62,919 nucleotides of DNA from an uncultured Phenylobacterium sp. (GCA_964419395.1 CAYQPL010000001.1:1-62919); one strand, 5' to 3'; counted from the first letter of the stretch, positions 28,084 through 38,237 are shown. Numbers and translations: made by a program. Notes: a model not told the origin generated them from the sequence alone.

Positions 28084-29256
28084 ATGGTTCGTCGCGAGAT
28101 CGAGGCGCGCGAGGCTGAAGGCGCGTTCCCAGCCGATCTCCCGGCCCTCACCAGCGTCCGCTTCGTCCTGGCCTTGGGGGTGGTGCTCTTCCACTACCAG
28201 CTGCAGTGGCCGTGGGACGCCATGTCGTCGACCGGGTTCTTCGACCGGGCGCGGCTCGGCGTGGACGCCTTCTTCATCCTCTCCGGCTTTGTCCTGACCC
28301 ACGCCTATCGCGATGCGATCGCCGGGAACCGCCTGAACTACGGCAGGTTCCTGGTCGCTCGCTTCGCCCGAATCTACCCGGCGCACCTGGCTGTGCTCGC
28401 GTTCGTACTGGTGATGGTCGCCACGGCGAGCCTGGTCGGCGCTCAGTTCGACCGCAATCTTTACAATCCCGCCGGCCTCGTCACGACACTGCTCCTCGTC
28501 CACGCCTGGCTTCCCGAGGTGGTGAAAGCGGAGTGGAACGGTCCGTCCTGGTCGCTGTCGGCCGAGTGGTTCGCCTACCTGTCCTTCCCCGCCTTCGCCT
28601 GGGCCGGCTTAAGGCTTCGCCGCCGGCCGATCCTGCTCCTCGCCTTAACCGCCCTGCTCTTCCTCGCCCTCGATCAGATCTATCAAGCCCTCTTCGGTCG
28701 CATCCTGGTGCATGCGGAGGCGAACATGGGGATCCTGCGCATCATCCCCGAATTCCTCTACGGCGTGGCCCTCTACCGATTGGGTGAACGCCTGCTGCTG
28801 GCTCGACCCGTCGCCATCCTGCTCGCCTGGGCGGCGGCGATCCTTCTTGTCGGCTTGATGCACCTGAAGGCCGATGACCGATGGGTGGTCGCCGCGGCGG
28901 GCCCGCTCATGCTCGCCCTGGCTCTGCTGTCCAAAGTCCGAGCCGAGGGGTGCCTAAAGGCGCGGTGGCCGCGTCTTGGCGGCGAAGCCTCCTACGCGCT
29001 TTATCTCGTCCACATGCCCATCCTGATCGCCTGGAAGGGCGTCTGGTCCGCCGTCCAAGGCCGCGACAGCCACTACGTGCTCGCCTGGTGGGAGGTCGCC
29101 TGCCTTCTGGCGATCTCGCTCGCAGCGGCGGTCGCTCTCCACCTTTGGGTCGAGGGACCGGCTCGAGCCTGGATCCGGGGCCGAGCTGATCGTCTTTGGC
29201 CGCCGCCCGAGGCGCGGGCCCAGATGCGACCTGGCTCACAGCCGCCCGATGTCTAA
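28084..29256 (+). CDS. Acyltransferase family 3 (OafA/YrhL-like) membrane protein
   Basis: LTSVRF...LFH, GVDAFFILSGF, RFARIYP, WSLSAEW, GEASYALYLVH. Confidence 0.9.
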   Translation: MVRREIEAREAEGAFPADLPALTSVRFVLALGVVLFHYQLQWPWDAMSSTGFFDRARLGVDAFFILSGFVLTHAYRDAIAGNRLNYGRFLVARFARIYPAHLAVLAFVLVMVATASLVGAQFDRNLYNPAGLVTTLLLVHAWLPEVVKAEWNGPSWSLSAEWFAYLSFPAFAWAGLRLRRRPILLLALTALLFLALDQIYQALFGRILVHAEANMGILRIIPEFLYGVALYRLGERLLLARPVAILLAWAAAILLVGLMHLKADDRWVVAAAGPLMLALALLSKVRAEGCLKARWPRLGGEASYALYLVHMPILIAWKGVWSAVQGRDSHYVLAWWEVACLLAISLAAAVALHLWVEGPARAWIRGRADRLWPPPEARAQMRPGSQPPDV

Positions 29257-29285
29257 CTCCAAATCCGCGGGCGATCTCGCGCCGT

Positions 29286-29639
29286 TCAACGCTTTGGCGC
29301 GCGCCCGCCGTTCTTGTCGAGCCACGCCTGCAGCTCGGCGATCTCGCGGCGCTGCTCAGCCGCGGTCTCCTGCGCCATTTTCTTGATCTCGGCGTTGTCG
29401 CCGTGTTTCAGCACAGCTTCCGACATGGCGACCCCGCCCCTATGGTGCTCGATCATCTTGAGCGCCCAAGCCCGATCGGGATCGGCGTCGTTGGCGGACA
29501 TCATCTTCTGATGCATGTCCTGCATGCCCTTCATCATGTCCTGCTGCGCCATTTGGCCGTGCTGCATGCCGGCCTGTTGGGCGAGCGCAGGCGCGGCGAG
29601 CAGCGTGGCCGCAGCCGCGAGTATGGCGATCGTCTTCAT
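29286..29639 (-). CDS. Exported DUF305 (CopM-like) Met/His-rich protein
   Basis: ATG 29639; signal peptide; DPDRAWALKMIEHHRGGVAMS; QRREIAELQAWL. Confidence 0.85.
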   Translation of the reverse strand: MKTIAILAAAATLLAAPALAQQAGMQHGQMAQQDMMKGMQDMHQKMMSANDADPDRAWALKMIEHHRGGVAMSEAVLKHGDNAEIKKMAQETAAEQRREIAELQAWLDKNGGRAPKR

Positions 29640-29655
29640 CCTCGGTCCCCTGTGA

Positions 29656-30057
29656 TCAATGGAAGGTCTGCAGGGCCGCCTGACAGGCCTGTTCGCACCG
29701 CCGGCAAGACTCGGCGCACACGCGGCAATGCTCATGCATGCTGGCGTGGCGTTCGCATTCCTCGGCGCACAGGCGGCAGGCTTCCTCGCACGCGCGCAAT
29801 ACGCTTTGGATGATCGGCTCGTTCGACCCGGTGCGACGGGAGGCGATATGGCCCGAGGCCGAGCAGATGTCGGCGCAGTCGAGGTTCAGGCGAATGCACT
29901 GGGTCAGTTGCGCCACCATCTGTTCGCCCAGGCAGGCGTCGGCGCACGACGTGCAGCTCTGCGCACAGTCGAAGCATTCCTCAATGCAGCGGATCAGGCT
30001 GTCATTGGTGTTTCCGCGCACCTGGGGGTGCGTACTGATCATTTCATGGGCGTGCAT
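29656..30057 (-). CDS. Cytosolic four-helix-bundle copper storage protein (Csp3/DUF326-like)
   Basis: 18 Cys in CxxC/CxxxC spacing; no signal peptide; GGAGG RBS. Confidence 0.88.
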   Translation of the reverse strand: MHAHEMISTHPQVRGNTNDSLIRCIEECFDCAQSCTSCADACLGEQMVAQLTQCIRLNLDCADICSASGHIASRRTGSNEPIIQSVLRACEEACRLCAEECERHASMHEHCRVCAESCRRCEQACQAALQTFH

Positions 30058-30090
30058 AGCCGGCCTCCGAGTGTAGGTGGATGGCCGCTC

Positions 30091-30115
30091 AACACCTTCT
30101 CGAAGCGCCAGTTCC
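30091..30115 (-). promoter_or_regulatory. Candidate EcfG/SigT promoter for the Csp3-like gene
   Basis: Minus strand GGAAC-N16-TGTT, 33 bp upstream of the ATG. Confidence 0.5.
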
Positions 30116-30151
30116 GGAGATGGAAATAAACCACAAAAGTTCGGCCTCCGG

Positions 30152-30178
30152 TGAGGGGGCGATCGTCATGCTGCGTAT
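30152..30178 (+). promoter_or_regulatory. CnrH-type ECF promoter for Cu-ATPase 1
   Basis: TGAGGGG-N15-CGTAT. Confidence 0.7.
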
Positions 30179-30215
30179 TCAAGACGCTGACCGCGCTCTA
30201 CGCTTCAATGGCGCC

Positions 30216-30246
30216 TTGACCTTCCCACGATAGGAAAGTGCAGGTT
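30216..30246 (+). promoter_or_regulatory. CueR box/promoter for Cu-ATPase 1
   Basis: TTGACCTTCCCACGATAGGAAAG; 19-bp spacer to CAGGTT. Confidence 0.8.
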
Positions 30247-30409
30247 CATCTATAGGGATGCAGCTTGTCGACAGTGACGCCTCGCCGTCTGCGGCGCGTC
30301 TTGCGACGGTGCGAAATCCGCAGGATCTCGAGCCCGGATCAAGGGTTCCGCACCAGCGGCTGCGTAGCGATTGATGACGGCGGCTGCTCCGCCGATGGGA
30401 GCCACACGC

Positions 30410-32782
30410 ATGGCCGATGACCCCGAAAAACACGCCCACCACCATCGTGGCCATGAGCATCACGACGACCAACGCCTGGGAGCGGACGGCGCCGAGACCG
30501 TGAAGGATCCGGTCTGCGGCATGGACGTCGATCCGCGCACAACACCGCACAAGGCGAGCTTTGAAGGCCAGGAGTACTTCTTCTGCTCCGCGGGCTGTCA
30601 GGCGAAATTCCAGAAGGAGCCTTCCCGCTATACGCCAAGCGCGCCACGGCCCACGCCCGCGGCCCCCGTCGGCACGATCTACACCTGCCCAATGCACCCC
30701 CAAATCCGTCAGGTCGGGCCTGGAGCCTGCCCGATCTGCGGAATGGCGCTGGAACCGGAGGTGATGACCTCCGAGACGGGCCCCAGCCCCGTGCTCAAAG
30801 ATATGACCCGGCGCTTTTGGGTGGGCCGCGTCCTCGCCCTGCCCGTTCTAGCGCTCGAGATGGGCGGCCATCTCACCGGCCTGACGATGCGGTTGGGCGG
30901 GCAGACCTCCGCCTGGATCCAGTTTGCGCTCGCGACGCCCGTGGTGCTCTGGTCGGGCTGGCCGTTCTTTGAACGCGGCGCGCGCTCGGTCGCGACCCGC
31001 AGCCTGAACATGTTCACGCTGATCGCCATGGGTGTCGGCGTGGCCTGGCTCTACAGCGTCGTCGCGACCTTGGCGCCGCACTTCTTCCCGCCGGCCTTCC
31101 GCCGCCCGGACGGCTCGGTTCCGATCTACTTCGAAGCGGCGGCCGTCATCACGGTGCTCGTGCTTCTGGGCCAGGTCCTGGAGCTGCGCGCGAGGGAGCG
31201 CACCTCGGGCGCCATCAAGGCGCTCCTCGACCTGGCGCCGAAGACCGCTCGCAGGCTGCGCGAGGACGGATCGGACGAGGAGGTGACACTGGACTTGATC
31301 GCCGCGGGCGATCGCCTGCGCGTGCGGCCGGGCGAAAAGGTGCCGGTCGACGGCGAGGTGATAGAGGGTCGGGTCTCGATCGACGAATCCATGGTGACCG
31401 GCGAATCCATGCCGGTGACCAAGGCGCCCGGCGCAAAGGTCGTCGGCGGGTCGATCAACAAGACTGGCTCGTTCATCATGCGCGCCGAGAAGATTGGCGC
31501 GGACACCCTGCTCTCGCAGATCGTGCAGATGGTGGCCCAGGCCCAGCGCAGCCGCGCCCCCATCCAACGGATGGCCGATCAGGTGTCCGGCTGGTTCGTT
31601 CCGAGTGTGATCGGGATCGCCCTCGTTGCGTTCGCCGTCTGGGCGCTCATCGGTCCGGATCCGCGTTTTGCGTTCGGCCTGGTCGCGGCCGTCTCGGTGC
31701 TGATCATCGCCTGTCCCTGCGCGCTCGGGCTCGCCACGCCGATGTCCATCATGGTCGGTGTCGGCCAAGGCGCGCGCGCCGGCGTTCTCATCAAGAACGC
31801 CGAGGCGCTCGAGCGCTTCGAAAAGATCGACACCCTCGTGATCGACAAGACGGGGACGCTCACCGAGGGCCGGCCGGCGGTTACGGCCATTCGACCGGCC
31901 CAGGGCCATGATGAAACCGAAGTGCTGCGCCTCGCGGCCAGCCTGGAGCGGGCGAGCGAGCACCCGCTCGCCGACGCCCTTGTGCGGGCGGCGACGGAGC
32001 GCGAGCTATCTCTGTCGCAACCGGCCGACTTCGACTCACCCGTCGGCAAGGGGGTGCTGGGCGTCGTCGATGGTCGACGGCTGGCGATCGGCTCCGGAAA
32101 GTTCCTCGACGAACAGGGGGTCGACACCCGCGCCCTGGAGGCGGCGGCCGATGCGCTCCGAGCGGAGGGCGCCACAGCCATCTTCATGGCGCTGGACGGG
32201 CAGGCCGCCGCCATCTTTGCGATCGCCGACCCGATCAAGGCCACGACGCCCTCCGCCGTCCAGGGACTGAAGGCCGAGGGCGTTCGCCTCGTCATGATGA
32301 CCGGCGACAACCGCACGACCGCCCAGGCGGTCGCACGTAAGCTCGGGATAGACGAGGTCGAAGCCGAGGTCCTACCGCAGGACAAGGCAGCCGTCGTCGA
32401 GAAGCTCAGGAGCGAAGGCCGCAAGGTGGCCATGGCCGGCGATGGCGTGAACGACGCGCCTGCGCTTGCCGCCGCCGAGGTCGGCGTAGCCATGGGCGCG
32501 GGCGCTGACGTCGCGATCGAGAGCGCGGGCGTCACCCTCCTGAAGGGTGATCTGGACGGCATCGTCAAGGCGAGGCGATTGTCGCGCGCCGTCATGCGCA
32601 ATATCCGCGAGAACCTGTTCTTCGCCTTTGCCTACAACGTCGCCGGCATCCCAATCGCGGCCGGTGTCCTCTACCCGTTTACGGGCTGGCTCCTTTCGCC
32701 GGCGATCGCTGCGGCGGCCATGGCGTTGTCGAGCGTGAGCGTCGTAGGCAACGCCCTCCGGCTTCGTGGGGCGCGCCTCTAG
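30410..32782 (+). CDS. P1B-1 Cu(I)/Ag(I) ATPase with His-rich N-terminus, YHS domain and CPMHP domain
   Basis: DPVCGM...FCSAGC, YTCPMHP...CPICGM, TGES, CPCALG, DKTGT, GDGVND, YN, MALSS. Confidence 0.95.
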   Translation: MADDPEKHAHHHRGHEHHDDQRLGADGAETVKDPVCGMDVDPRTTPHKASFEGQEYFFCSAGCQAKFQKEPSRYTPSAPRPTPAAPVGTIYTCPMHPQIRQVGPGACPICGMALEPEVMTSETGPSPVLKDMTRRFWVGRVLALPVLALEMGGHLTGLTMRLGGQTSAWIQFALATPVVLWSGWPFFERGARSVATRSLNMFTLIAMGVGVAWLYSVVATLAPHFFPPAFRRPDGSVPIYFEAAAVITVLVLLGQVLELRARERTSGAIKALLDLAPKTARRLREDGSDEEVTLDLIAAGDRLRVRPGEKVPVDGEVIEGRVSIDESMVTGESMPVTKAPGAKVVGGSINKTGSFIMRAEKIGADTLLSQIVQMVAQAQRSRAPIQRMADQVSGWFVPSVIGIALVAFAVWALIGPDPRFAFGLVAAVSVLIIACPCALGLATPMSIMVGVGQGARAGVLIKNAEALERFEKIDTLVIDKTGTLTEGRPAVTAIRPAQGHDETEVLRLAASLERASEHPLADALVRAATERELSLSQPADFDSPVGKGVLGVVDGRRLAIGSGKFLDEQGVDTRALEAAADALRAEGATAIFMALDGQAAAIFAIADPIKATTPSAVQGLKAEGVRLVMMTGDNRTTAQAVARKLGIDEVEAEVLPQDKAAVVEKLRSEGRKVAMAGDGVNDAPALAAAEVGVAMGAGADVAIESAGVTLLKGDLDGIVKARRLSRAVMRNIRENLFFAFAYNVAGIPIAAGVLYPFTGWLLSPAIAAAAMALSSVSVVGNALRLRGARL

Positions 32783-32920
32783 AAGCCGCGCCGCGCGAGC
32801 CGCTTCAGCCGGACGCCCATATTGGACGCGTTCAGGGCGGGTTCAGGCGGCAGACGGATGCTGGTGGCGAGGGGCGCCTGCGGCCGCAATGCGGCCCGCC
32901 ATTATGAGCCGGAGATCCGG

Positions 32921-33265
32921 ATGAAGAAGCTCCTCCTCGCCGCCGCCGTGCTGGCCCTGTCGGCGCCCGCCGCCGCGGCTTTCGCGGACGATGGCGACTA
33001 TCGCTGGCGCAGTCATCGCAGCGACCATCGGGAACACCGCCAGTACCATCGCGACTTGAATCGCGATCACCGCGAGGCGCACCGCGAAGGCTTCTATAGC
33101 CGCCGCGAACATCGCGCTTACCATCGCGACAATCGGGCCGACCATCGTGACTTCCACGACGACCATCCAGGCACTCGACACGATCACCGGCGAAGCTATC
33201 GCAGCTATGACGCCGCCCCCGATTACGGCTACTATCGCTACGGCGACTCCTATCGAGGCTGGTAG
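32921..33265 (+). CDS. Exported His/Arg/Asp-rich small protein
   Basis: GGAG RBS; signal peptide MKKLLLAAAVLALSAPAAAAFA; 13 His in the mature part. Confidence 0.75.
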   Translation: MKKLLLAAAVLALSAPAAAAFADDGDYRWRSHRSDHREHRQYHRDLNRDHREAHREGFYSRREHRAYHRDNRADHRDFHDDHPGTRHDHRRSYRSYDAAPDYGYYRYGDSYRGW

Positions 33266-33451
33266 GCTGACTCGACCGATGGACTAGCCGCCCGGCTGCC
33301 GCACCCCTCAACCGACTGAGGGCCGCAACCACGCCGCTCCTCGAGGCCCCATCACGCGCACGGCGCGATCGTTGCGGACGCCCCGCCGCTTAGGCAGGCC
33401 TGCCGCTTCCCTGAACTGCGCATTGTAATGTGCTTGTCGATTGCCGCTTGT

Positions 33452-33479
33452 CGAGGGGCGCGTCCTTGGGCGCGCGTAT
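33452..33479 (+). promoter_or_regulatory. CnrH-type ECF promoter for the Cu-ATPase 2-cueR operon
   Basis: CGAGGGG-N16-CGTAT. Confidence 0.75.
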
Positions 33480-33533
33480 CCCCAGACAAGACCGATCGGA
33501 GACTCGGCTTGTGGCCGATCATTCTGGGCGCGC

Positions 33534-33564
33534 TTGACCTTCCTATCATGGGAAACTCTATCTG
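33534..33564 (+). promoter_or_regulatory. CueR box/promoter for Cu-ATPase 2-cueR
   Basis: TTGACC-TTCCTATCATGGGAAACTC (19 bp)-TATCTG. Confidence 0.85.
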
Positions 33565-33592
33565 AGCTGGGCATCGCCGTTAGGAGCCGTCA

Positions 33593-36103
33593 ATGCCCGA
33601 ACAAATCCTTCCGCCCCTGGAGATTCCGGTCCTTGGGATGACCTGCGCGAGCTGCGTCGGCCGGGTGGAGAAAGCGATCTCCGCTGTCCCCGGCGTCGCA
33701 CGCGCCACAGTCAATCTTGCCGCCGAGCGCGCGCATGTGGAGCTCACGCCGGAAGGGCACACCCAGGCGGTCATCGAGGCGATCCGCAAGGCCGGCTACG
33801 AGCCGCTCGAGCGCACGCTGACGCTGAAGGTCGAAGGCATGACCTGCGCAAGCTGCGTCGGTCGCGTCGAGCGCGCGCTCCGCGGGGCGCCGGGCGTCCT
33901 TTCGGCCGAGGTCAACCTCGCCACCGAGCGAGCCAGCCTGACCGTGCTTGAGGGCGCCGATCCCGCCGCCCTCGTCCTGGCCGTAGAGAAAGCTGGCTAC
34001 CGCGCCGCGCCGATTGCGGAGCAAACGCCGGACTTAGCCGACCGGGAACGGGCGGCGCGCGAGGCCGAAATCGGCGGCTTGAAGCGAGCGGTCCTCGTCG
34101 CGTCGCTCGCCACCGCGCCGCTCTTCCTGGTCGAGATGGCGCGCCACTTCCTGCCGGGCGCCCATCATCTTCTCGCCAGCACCCTGGGCGAGCAGCCCTG
34201 GCGGCTGATCAGCTTCGCTCTCGCCGCCCTGGTGCTCTTCGGGCCCGGCCTGCGGTTCTATCGCAAGGGCGTGCCGAACCTGCTGCGGCGGACGCCGGAC
34301 ATGAACTCCCTCGTCGTGCTCGGCACGACGGCGGCGTTCGCCTACTCGGCGGTCGCCACCCTGGCGCCCGGCCTGCTGCCCGCCAGCGCCAACCACATCT
34401 ACTTCGAGGCGGCGGCGGTCATCGTCACCCTGATCCTGCTGGGCCGGCTGTTCGAAGCCCAGGCGAAGGGCCGGACCAGCGAGGCGATCAAGCGCCTGAT
34501 GACCCTTCAGGCGAAGACGGCGCGCGGCGAGCGGAACGGCGAGGCCCGCGAGGTTCCGATCGCCGACGTCGTCGTGGGCGACGTCGTGCTCGTCCGGCCC
34601 GGCGATCGCGTCCCCGTGGACGGTGAGGTCCTGGACGGCGCCTCCTTCGTCGACGAATCGATGATCACGGGCGAGCCGCTTCCGGTCGAGAAGGGACCGG
34701 GCGCCGAGGTGGTCGGCGGGACGGTCAACAAGACCGGCGCCTTCCGCTTCCGCGCCACCAAGGTGGGCTCGGCCACCATGCTCGCGCAGATCGTGCGGAT
34801 GGTCGAAACCGCCCAAGGCGCAAAGCTGCCGATCCAGGCGCTGGTCGACAAGGTGACGTCCTGGTTCGTGCCGGCGGTGATCGCGGTAGCGGCCACAACT
34901 TTCGCCGTTTGGCTGGTCTTCGGCCCGAGCCCGGCGCTCAGCTTCGCCCTGGTCAACGCCGTGGCCGTGCTGATCATCGCCTGCCCCTGCGCCATGGGAT
35001 TGGCCACGCCCACCTCGATCATGGTGGGGACGGGGAAGGCCGCCGAGCTCGGGATTCTCTTCCGGCGCGGCGAGGCCCTGCAAAGCCTGCGCGACGTCCA
35101 GGCGATCGCCTTCGACAAGACCGGCACGCTCACCCTCGGTCGACCGGCGTTGACGCGTTTGCAGACAGTCGCGCCATGGAGCGACGCCGAGCTGCTGCGG
35201 CTGGTAGCGGGCGCGGAAAGCCGCTCAGAGCACCCGATCGCCCAGGCCATCGTCGAAGCGGCGCTCGAGCGCGGCCTCGACGTTCCGGCGCCGTCGGCGT
35301 TCGATGCAACGCCAGGCTTCGGTGTGAACGCGCGGGTGGATGGCCGCCGAGTCCAAGTCGGCGCCGACCGGTTCATGACGAAGCTGGGCGTCTCCATCGC
35401 GCCCTTCGCCGACGACGCCGAGCGCCTCGCGGCCGCGGCCGAAACCCCGCTGTACGCGGCGATCGACGGCGAGCTCGCCGCCATCCTGGCGGTTTCAGAT
35501 CCGATCAAGCCGACGACGCCGGAGGCGCTCGCGGCGCTGCACGCCGCCGGTCTGAAGGTGGTGATGATCACCGGCGACAATGGCCGCACCGCCCGCGCCG
35601 TTGCGGGGATTCTGGGCGTCGACGATGTCGTCGCGGAGGTGCTTCCCGACGGCAAGGTCGCCGCCGTCCAGGACCTTCAGCGCCGCTATGGCCGCGTCGC
35701 CTTCGTCGGCGACGGAGTCAACGATGCGCCGGCGCTCGCCGCCGCCGACGTCGGCGTCGCCATGGGCGCGGGCACGGACATCGCCATTGAAAGCGCTGAT
35801 GTCGTGCTGATGCGGAGCGACCTGCGCAGCGTGGTCACCGCCATCCGCCTGAGCCGGGCCGTCCTTCGGAACATCCGCCAGAACCTGGCCTGGGCGTTCG
35901 GCTACAACGTAGTGCTCATCCCCCTGGCCGCTGGGCTGCTCTATCCCATCCTGGGATGGCTGCTCTCGCCGATGGTCGCCGCCGGCGCCATGGCCCTGTC
36001 CAGTGTGAGCGTGCTCGCCAACGCCCTGCGCTTGCGCGCCTTCAAAGCCGACGCTGCGTTCGTCGGGCCACGCGCCGATCTTCTCAAAGGAGCCGTCAAA
36101 TGA
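33593..36103 (+). CDS. P1B-1 Cu(I) ATPase with two HMA domains (ActP/CopA type)
   Basis: Two GMTCASC motifs, TGEP, CPCAMG, DKTGT, SEHP, GDGVND, YN, MALSS. Confidence 0.95.
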   Translation: MPEQILPPLEIPVLGMTCASCVGRVEKAISAVPGVARATVNLAAERAHVELTPEGHTQAVIEAIRKAGYEPLERTLTLKVEGMTCASCVGRVERALRGAPGVLSAEVNLATERASLTVLEGADPAALVLAVEKAGYRAAPIAEQTPDLADRERAAREAEIGGLKRAVLVASLATAPLFLVEMARHFLPGAHHLLASTLGEQPWRLISFALAALVLFGPGLRFYRKGVPNLLRRTPDMNSLVVLGTTAAFAYSAVATLAPGLLPASANHIYFEAAAVIVTLILLGRLFEAQAKGRTSEAIKRLMTLQAKTARGERNGEAREVPIADVVVGDVVLVRPGDRVPVDGEVLDGASFVDESMITGEPLPVEKGPGAEVVGGTVNKTGAFRFRATKVGSATMLAQIVRMVETAQGAKLPIQALVDKVTSWFVPAVIAVAATTFAVWLVFGPSPALSFALVNAVAVLIIACPCAMGLATPTSIMVGTGKAAELGILFRRGEALQSLRDVQAIAFDKTGTLTLGRPALTRLQTVAPWSDAELLRLVAGAESRSEHPIAQAIVEAALERGLDVPAPSAFDATPGFGVNARVDGRRVQVGADRFMTKLGVSIAPFADDAERLAAAAETPLYAAIDGELAAILAVSDPIKPTTPEALAALHAAGLKVVMITGDNGRTARAVAGILGVDDVVAEVLPDGKVAAVQDLQRRYGRVAFVGDGVNDAPALAAADVGVAMGAGTDIAIESADVVLMRSDLRSVVTAIRLSRAVLRNIRQNLAWAFGYNVVLIPLAAGLLYPILGWLLSPMVAAGAMALSSVSVLANALRLRAFKADAAFVGPRADLLKGAVK

Positions 36104-36540
36104 ACATCGGTCAGGCGTCGAAGGCCTCCGGCGTGACTGCCAAGATGATCCGCTACTACGACGAGATCGACCTGGTGCGGCCGGCGAGCCGGACGGGCTC
36201 GAACTACCGCGAATACGACGATCGCCAGATCAACGAACTTCGCTTCATCAAGCGCGCTCGCAGCCTGGGCTTCTCTATGGAAGAGATCACCCAGTTGCTG
36301 TCGCTATGGCGGGACCGCGCCCGGCCCAGCCGGGATGTGAAGGCGATCGCGGACCGGCACGTGGCCGACCTCGACGCACGCATCGCCGAGATGCAGGCCA
36401 TGGCCGACACGCTGCGCCACCTGTCCCACTGCTGCGCCGGCGACGACCGCCCCGACTGCCCGATCCTCGCAGATCTAACGGAAGGCGCGGAGCCATCCGA
36501 GCCTGCTCGACGGCGGCCCTCCTTCAATCACCAGTCCTAG
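36100..36540 (+). CDS. cueR: Cu(I)-responsive MerR-family regulator
   Basis: ATGA overlap; [20 protein letters not shown]; [13 protein letters not shown]. Confidence 0.93.
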   Translation: MNIGQASKASGVTAKMIRYYDEIDLVRPASRTGSNYREYDDRQINELRFIKRARSLGFSMEEITQLLSLWRDRARPSRDVKAIADRHVADLDARIAEMQAMADTLRHLSHCCAGDDRPDCPILADLTEGAEPSEPARRRPSFNHQS

Positions 36541-36573
36541 AATAGCCGCTCAGACGCAAATGGAGATGCACGC

Positions 36574-36598
36574 GGAACTTCCCGTCTGAAGAAGAGTT
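36574..36598 (+). promoter_or_regulatory. Candidate EcfG/SigT promoter for the RTX-repeat gene
   Basis: GGAAC-N16-AGTT. Confidence 0.45.
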
Positions 36599-36675
36599 GC
36601 GCACTCATGTTGCCACCCCGCAATGAAACGGCAGCAAACATTCCCATCGTAGCAATCTTCACCGAGGGGCCGCCG

Positions 36676-38154
36676 ATGTCACACAAGCTCTCCCACGATT
36701 GGAGGGATGCGCCCCTCCAGCACTTGGCCGATCAGTACATGGCCGCGGACGGCTTTACCTTTGATTTCAACGCGGGCCGAGAGCGGTACGACTACCAAGT
36801 TTCCGTGGGAGATGGAGGTCGCGATGTTCTGGGCGGGCGTGGCGACCGCGACCACTTTTGGGGCCTCGGCGGCGATGACCAGCTGTCCGGCACGCGCCAG
36901 AACGACGTGCTCTATGGCGACCACGGTCGCGACACGCTCAGCGGCGGCGGCGGCGCAGATCGTCTTACCGGCGGCGGCGGCGGCGATCATCTCTATGGCG
37001 GCCGAGACGCCGACGCTTTGATGGGCGGGGACGGGGCCGACTATCTCGACGAGGGCGCAGGGCACGGCGATCTCGAGGGCGGCATGGGGGATGACACCCT
37101 CGTCGGCGGGGCCGGACCCGACGCCTTTGCGGTGGACCCGACCAGCGGAAATGACGTGATCCGGGACTTCACGGCCGGCCCCGGCATGTTCGACCATCTG
37201 GCGCTGCGCGACCTTCGTTGGGAGGACCTGAGTTTCGAGGATACGGCCGCCGGCGTCCGCGTCAGTTGGCAGGGCGGTTCAGTGCTGTTGGAAGGCGTGG
37301 CGAAGTCGCAACTCGCCCAGGACGACTTCATGTTTGCCGACGCGCCCGATCTACCGCCGGCGTCGCGCGATGCGGCCGGCGCCGCTCCGGAACGCGCAAC
37401 CCCGAGCGAGGAAGGCCCCTCCTTCGGACGTCACGAACTGCCCGGCGAACGCTTCGATCATGCAGCGGACGCCGCCCTTCGCAACGGACAGGTCAGTCTC
37501 GCCTTCGTCGGTGACGAGGCCTACCAGGTGATCATCGGCGAGCGCCAGGGAGACGCCCTGACCGGCGCCGCCAGCGTCGACAATGTCTTCGGCCGCGACG
37601 GCGCAGACACTTTGGTCGGCTTAGGCGGCGACGACGTCCTTCAGGGCGACGCCGGAGATGACCGACTCGATGGCGGCGACGGCATGGATCGCCTCGACGG
37701 CGGCATGGGCGCAGACACCCTCGTCGGCGGAGCCATGGTCGACGACGTCATGGGCATGGACGGCGCCGACTCCATCGACGCCGGCGCCGGCCACGACATG
37801 ATCGAAGGCGGGATGGGCGCCGACACCATTACCGGCGGAACCGGCGCTGACGCCTTCATCGTCGATCCCGACAGTGGCTTCGACGTGATCGCCGACATGG
37901 AGGTGCGGGGTGAAGCCGAGGGCGCCTTCGACCATTTGGCGCTGCGAGACATCCGGCCGGACCAGGTGACGGTCGTCGACCGGACGGAGGGCGCGTTCGT
38001 CTCCTGGAATACGGACCAGGACGCTGAGCCAGAAGGCGGCGTTCTCCTTCAGGGGGTCTTCAAGGCTGATTTGCGCCAGAGTGACTTCATGTTCATCGAC
38101 GCGCCCGGCTTTGTCGCAGGAATCAGCGACGCTGGATCTGACTGGATCTTCTGA
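36676..38154 (+). CDS. Hemolysin-type (RTX) Ca-binding repeat protein with two tandem modules
   Basis: Many GGxGxDxLx nonapeptides; duplicated FDHLALRD...QxDFMF; C-terminal DWIF typical of T1SS substrates. Confidence 0.85.
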   Translation: MSHKLSHDWRDAPLQHLADQYMAADGFTFDFNAGRERYDYQVSVGDGGRDVLGGRGDRDHFWGLGGDDQLSGTRQNDVLYGDHGRDTLSGGGGADRLTGGGGGDHLYGGRDADALMGGDGADYLDEGAGHGDLEGGMGDDTLVGGAGPDAFAVDPTSGNDVIRDFTAGPGMFDHLALRDLRWEDLSFEDTAAGVRVSWQGGSVLLEGVAKSQLAQDDFMFADAPDLPPASRDAAGAAPERATPSEEGPSFGRHELPGERFDHAADAALRNGQVSLAFVGDEAYQVIIGERQGDALTGAASVDNVFGRDGADTLVGLGGDDVLQGDAGDDRLDGGDGMDRLDGGMGADTLVGGAMVDDVMGMDGADSIDAGAGHDMIEGGMGADTITGGTGADAFIVDPDSGFDVIADMEVRGEAEGAFDHLALRDIRPDQVTVVDRTEGAFVSWNTDQDAEPEGGVLLQGVFKADLRQSDFMFIDAPGFVAGISDAGSDWIF

Positions 38155-38237
38155 ACACGCCTGCCTGTCCCACATGAGGGCCGTTCCTGCTGAGCCAAGA
38201 TCCTTTGGTCGCAGGCAGAGCGCGGCCGATGTCGGGC

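Noticed and set aside
33304-33326. CCCCTCAACCGACTGAGGGCCGC resembles the back-to-back ECF -35 pair at 28015-28033
   Set aside because: No CGTA -10 at the right spacing on either side; it may be a short hairpin after the His-rich gene or a decayed copy.
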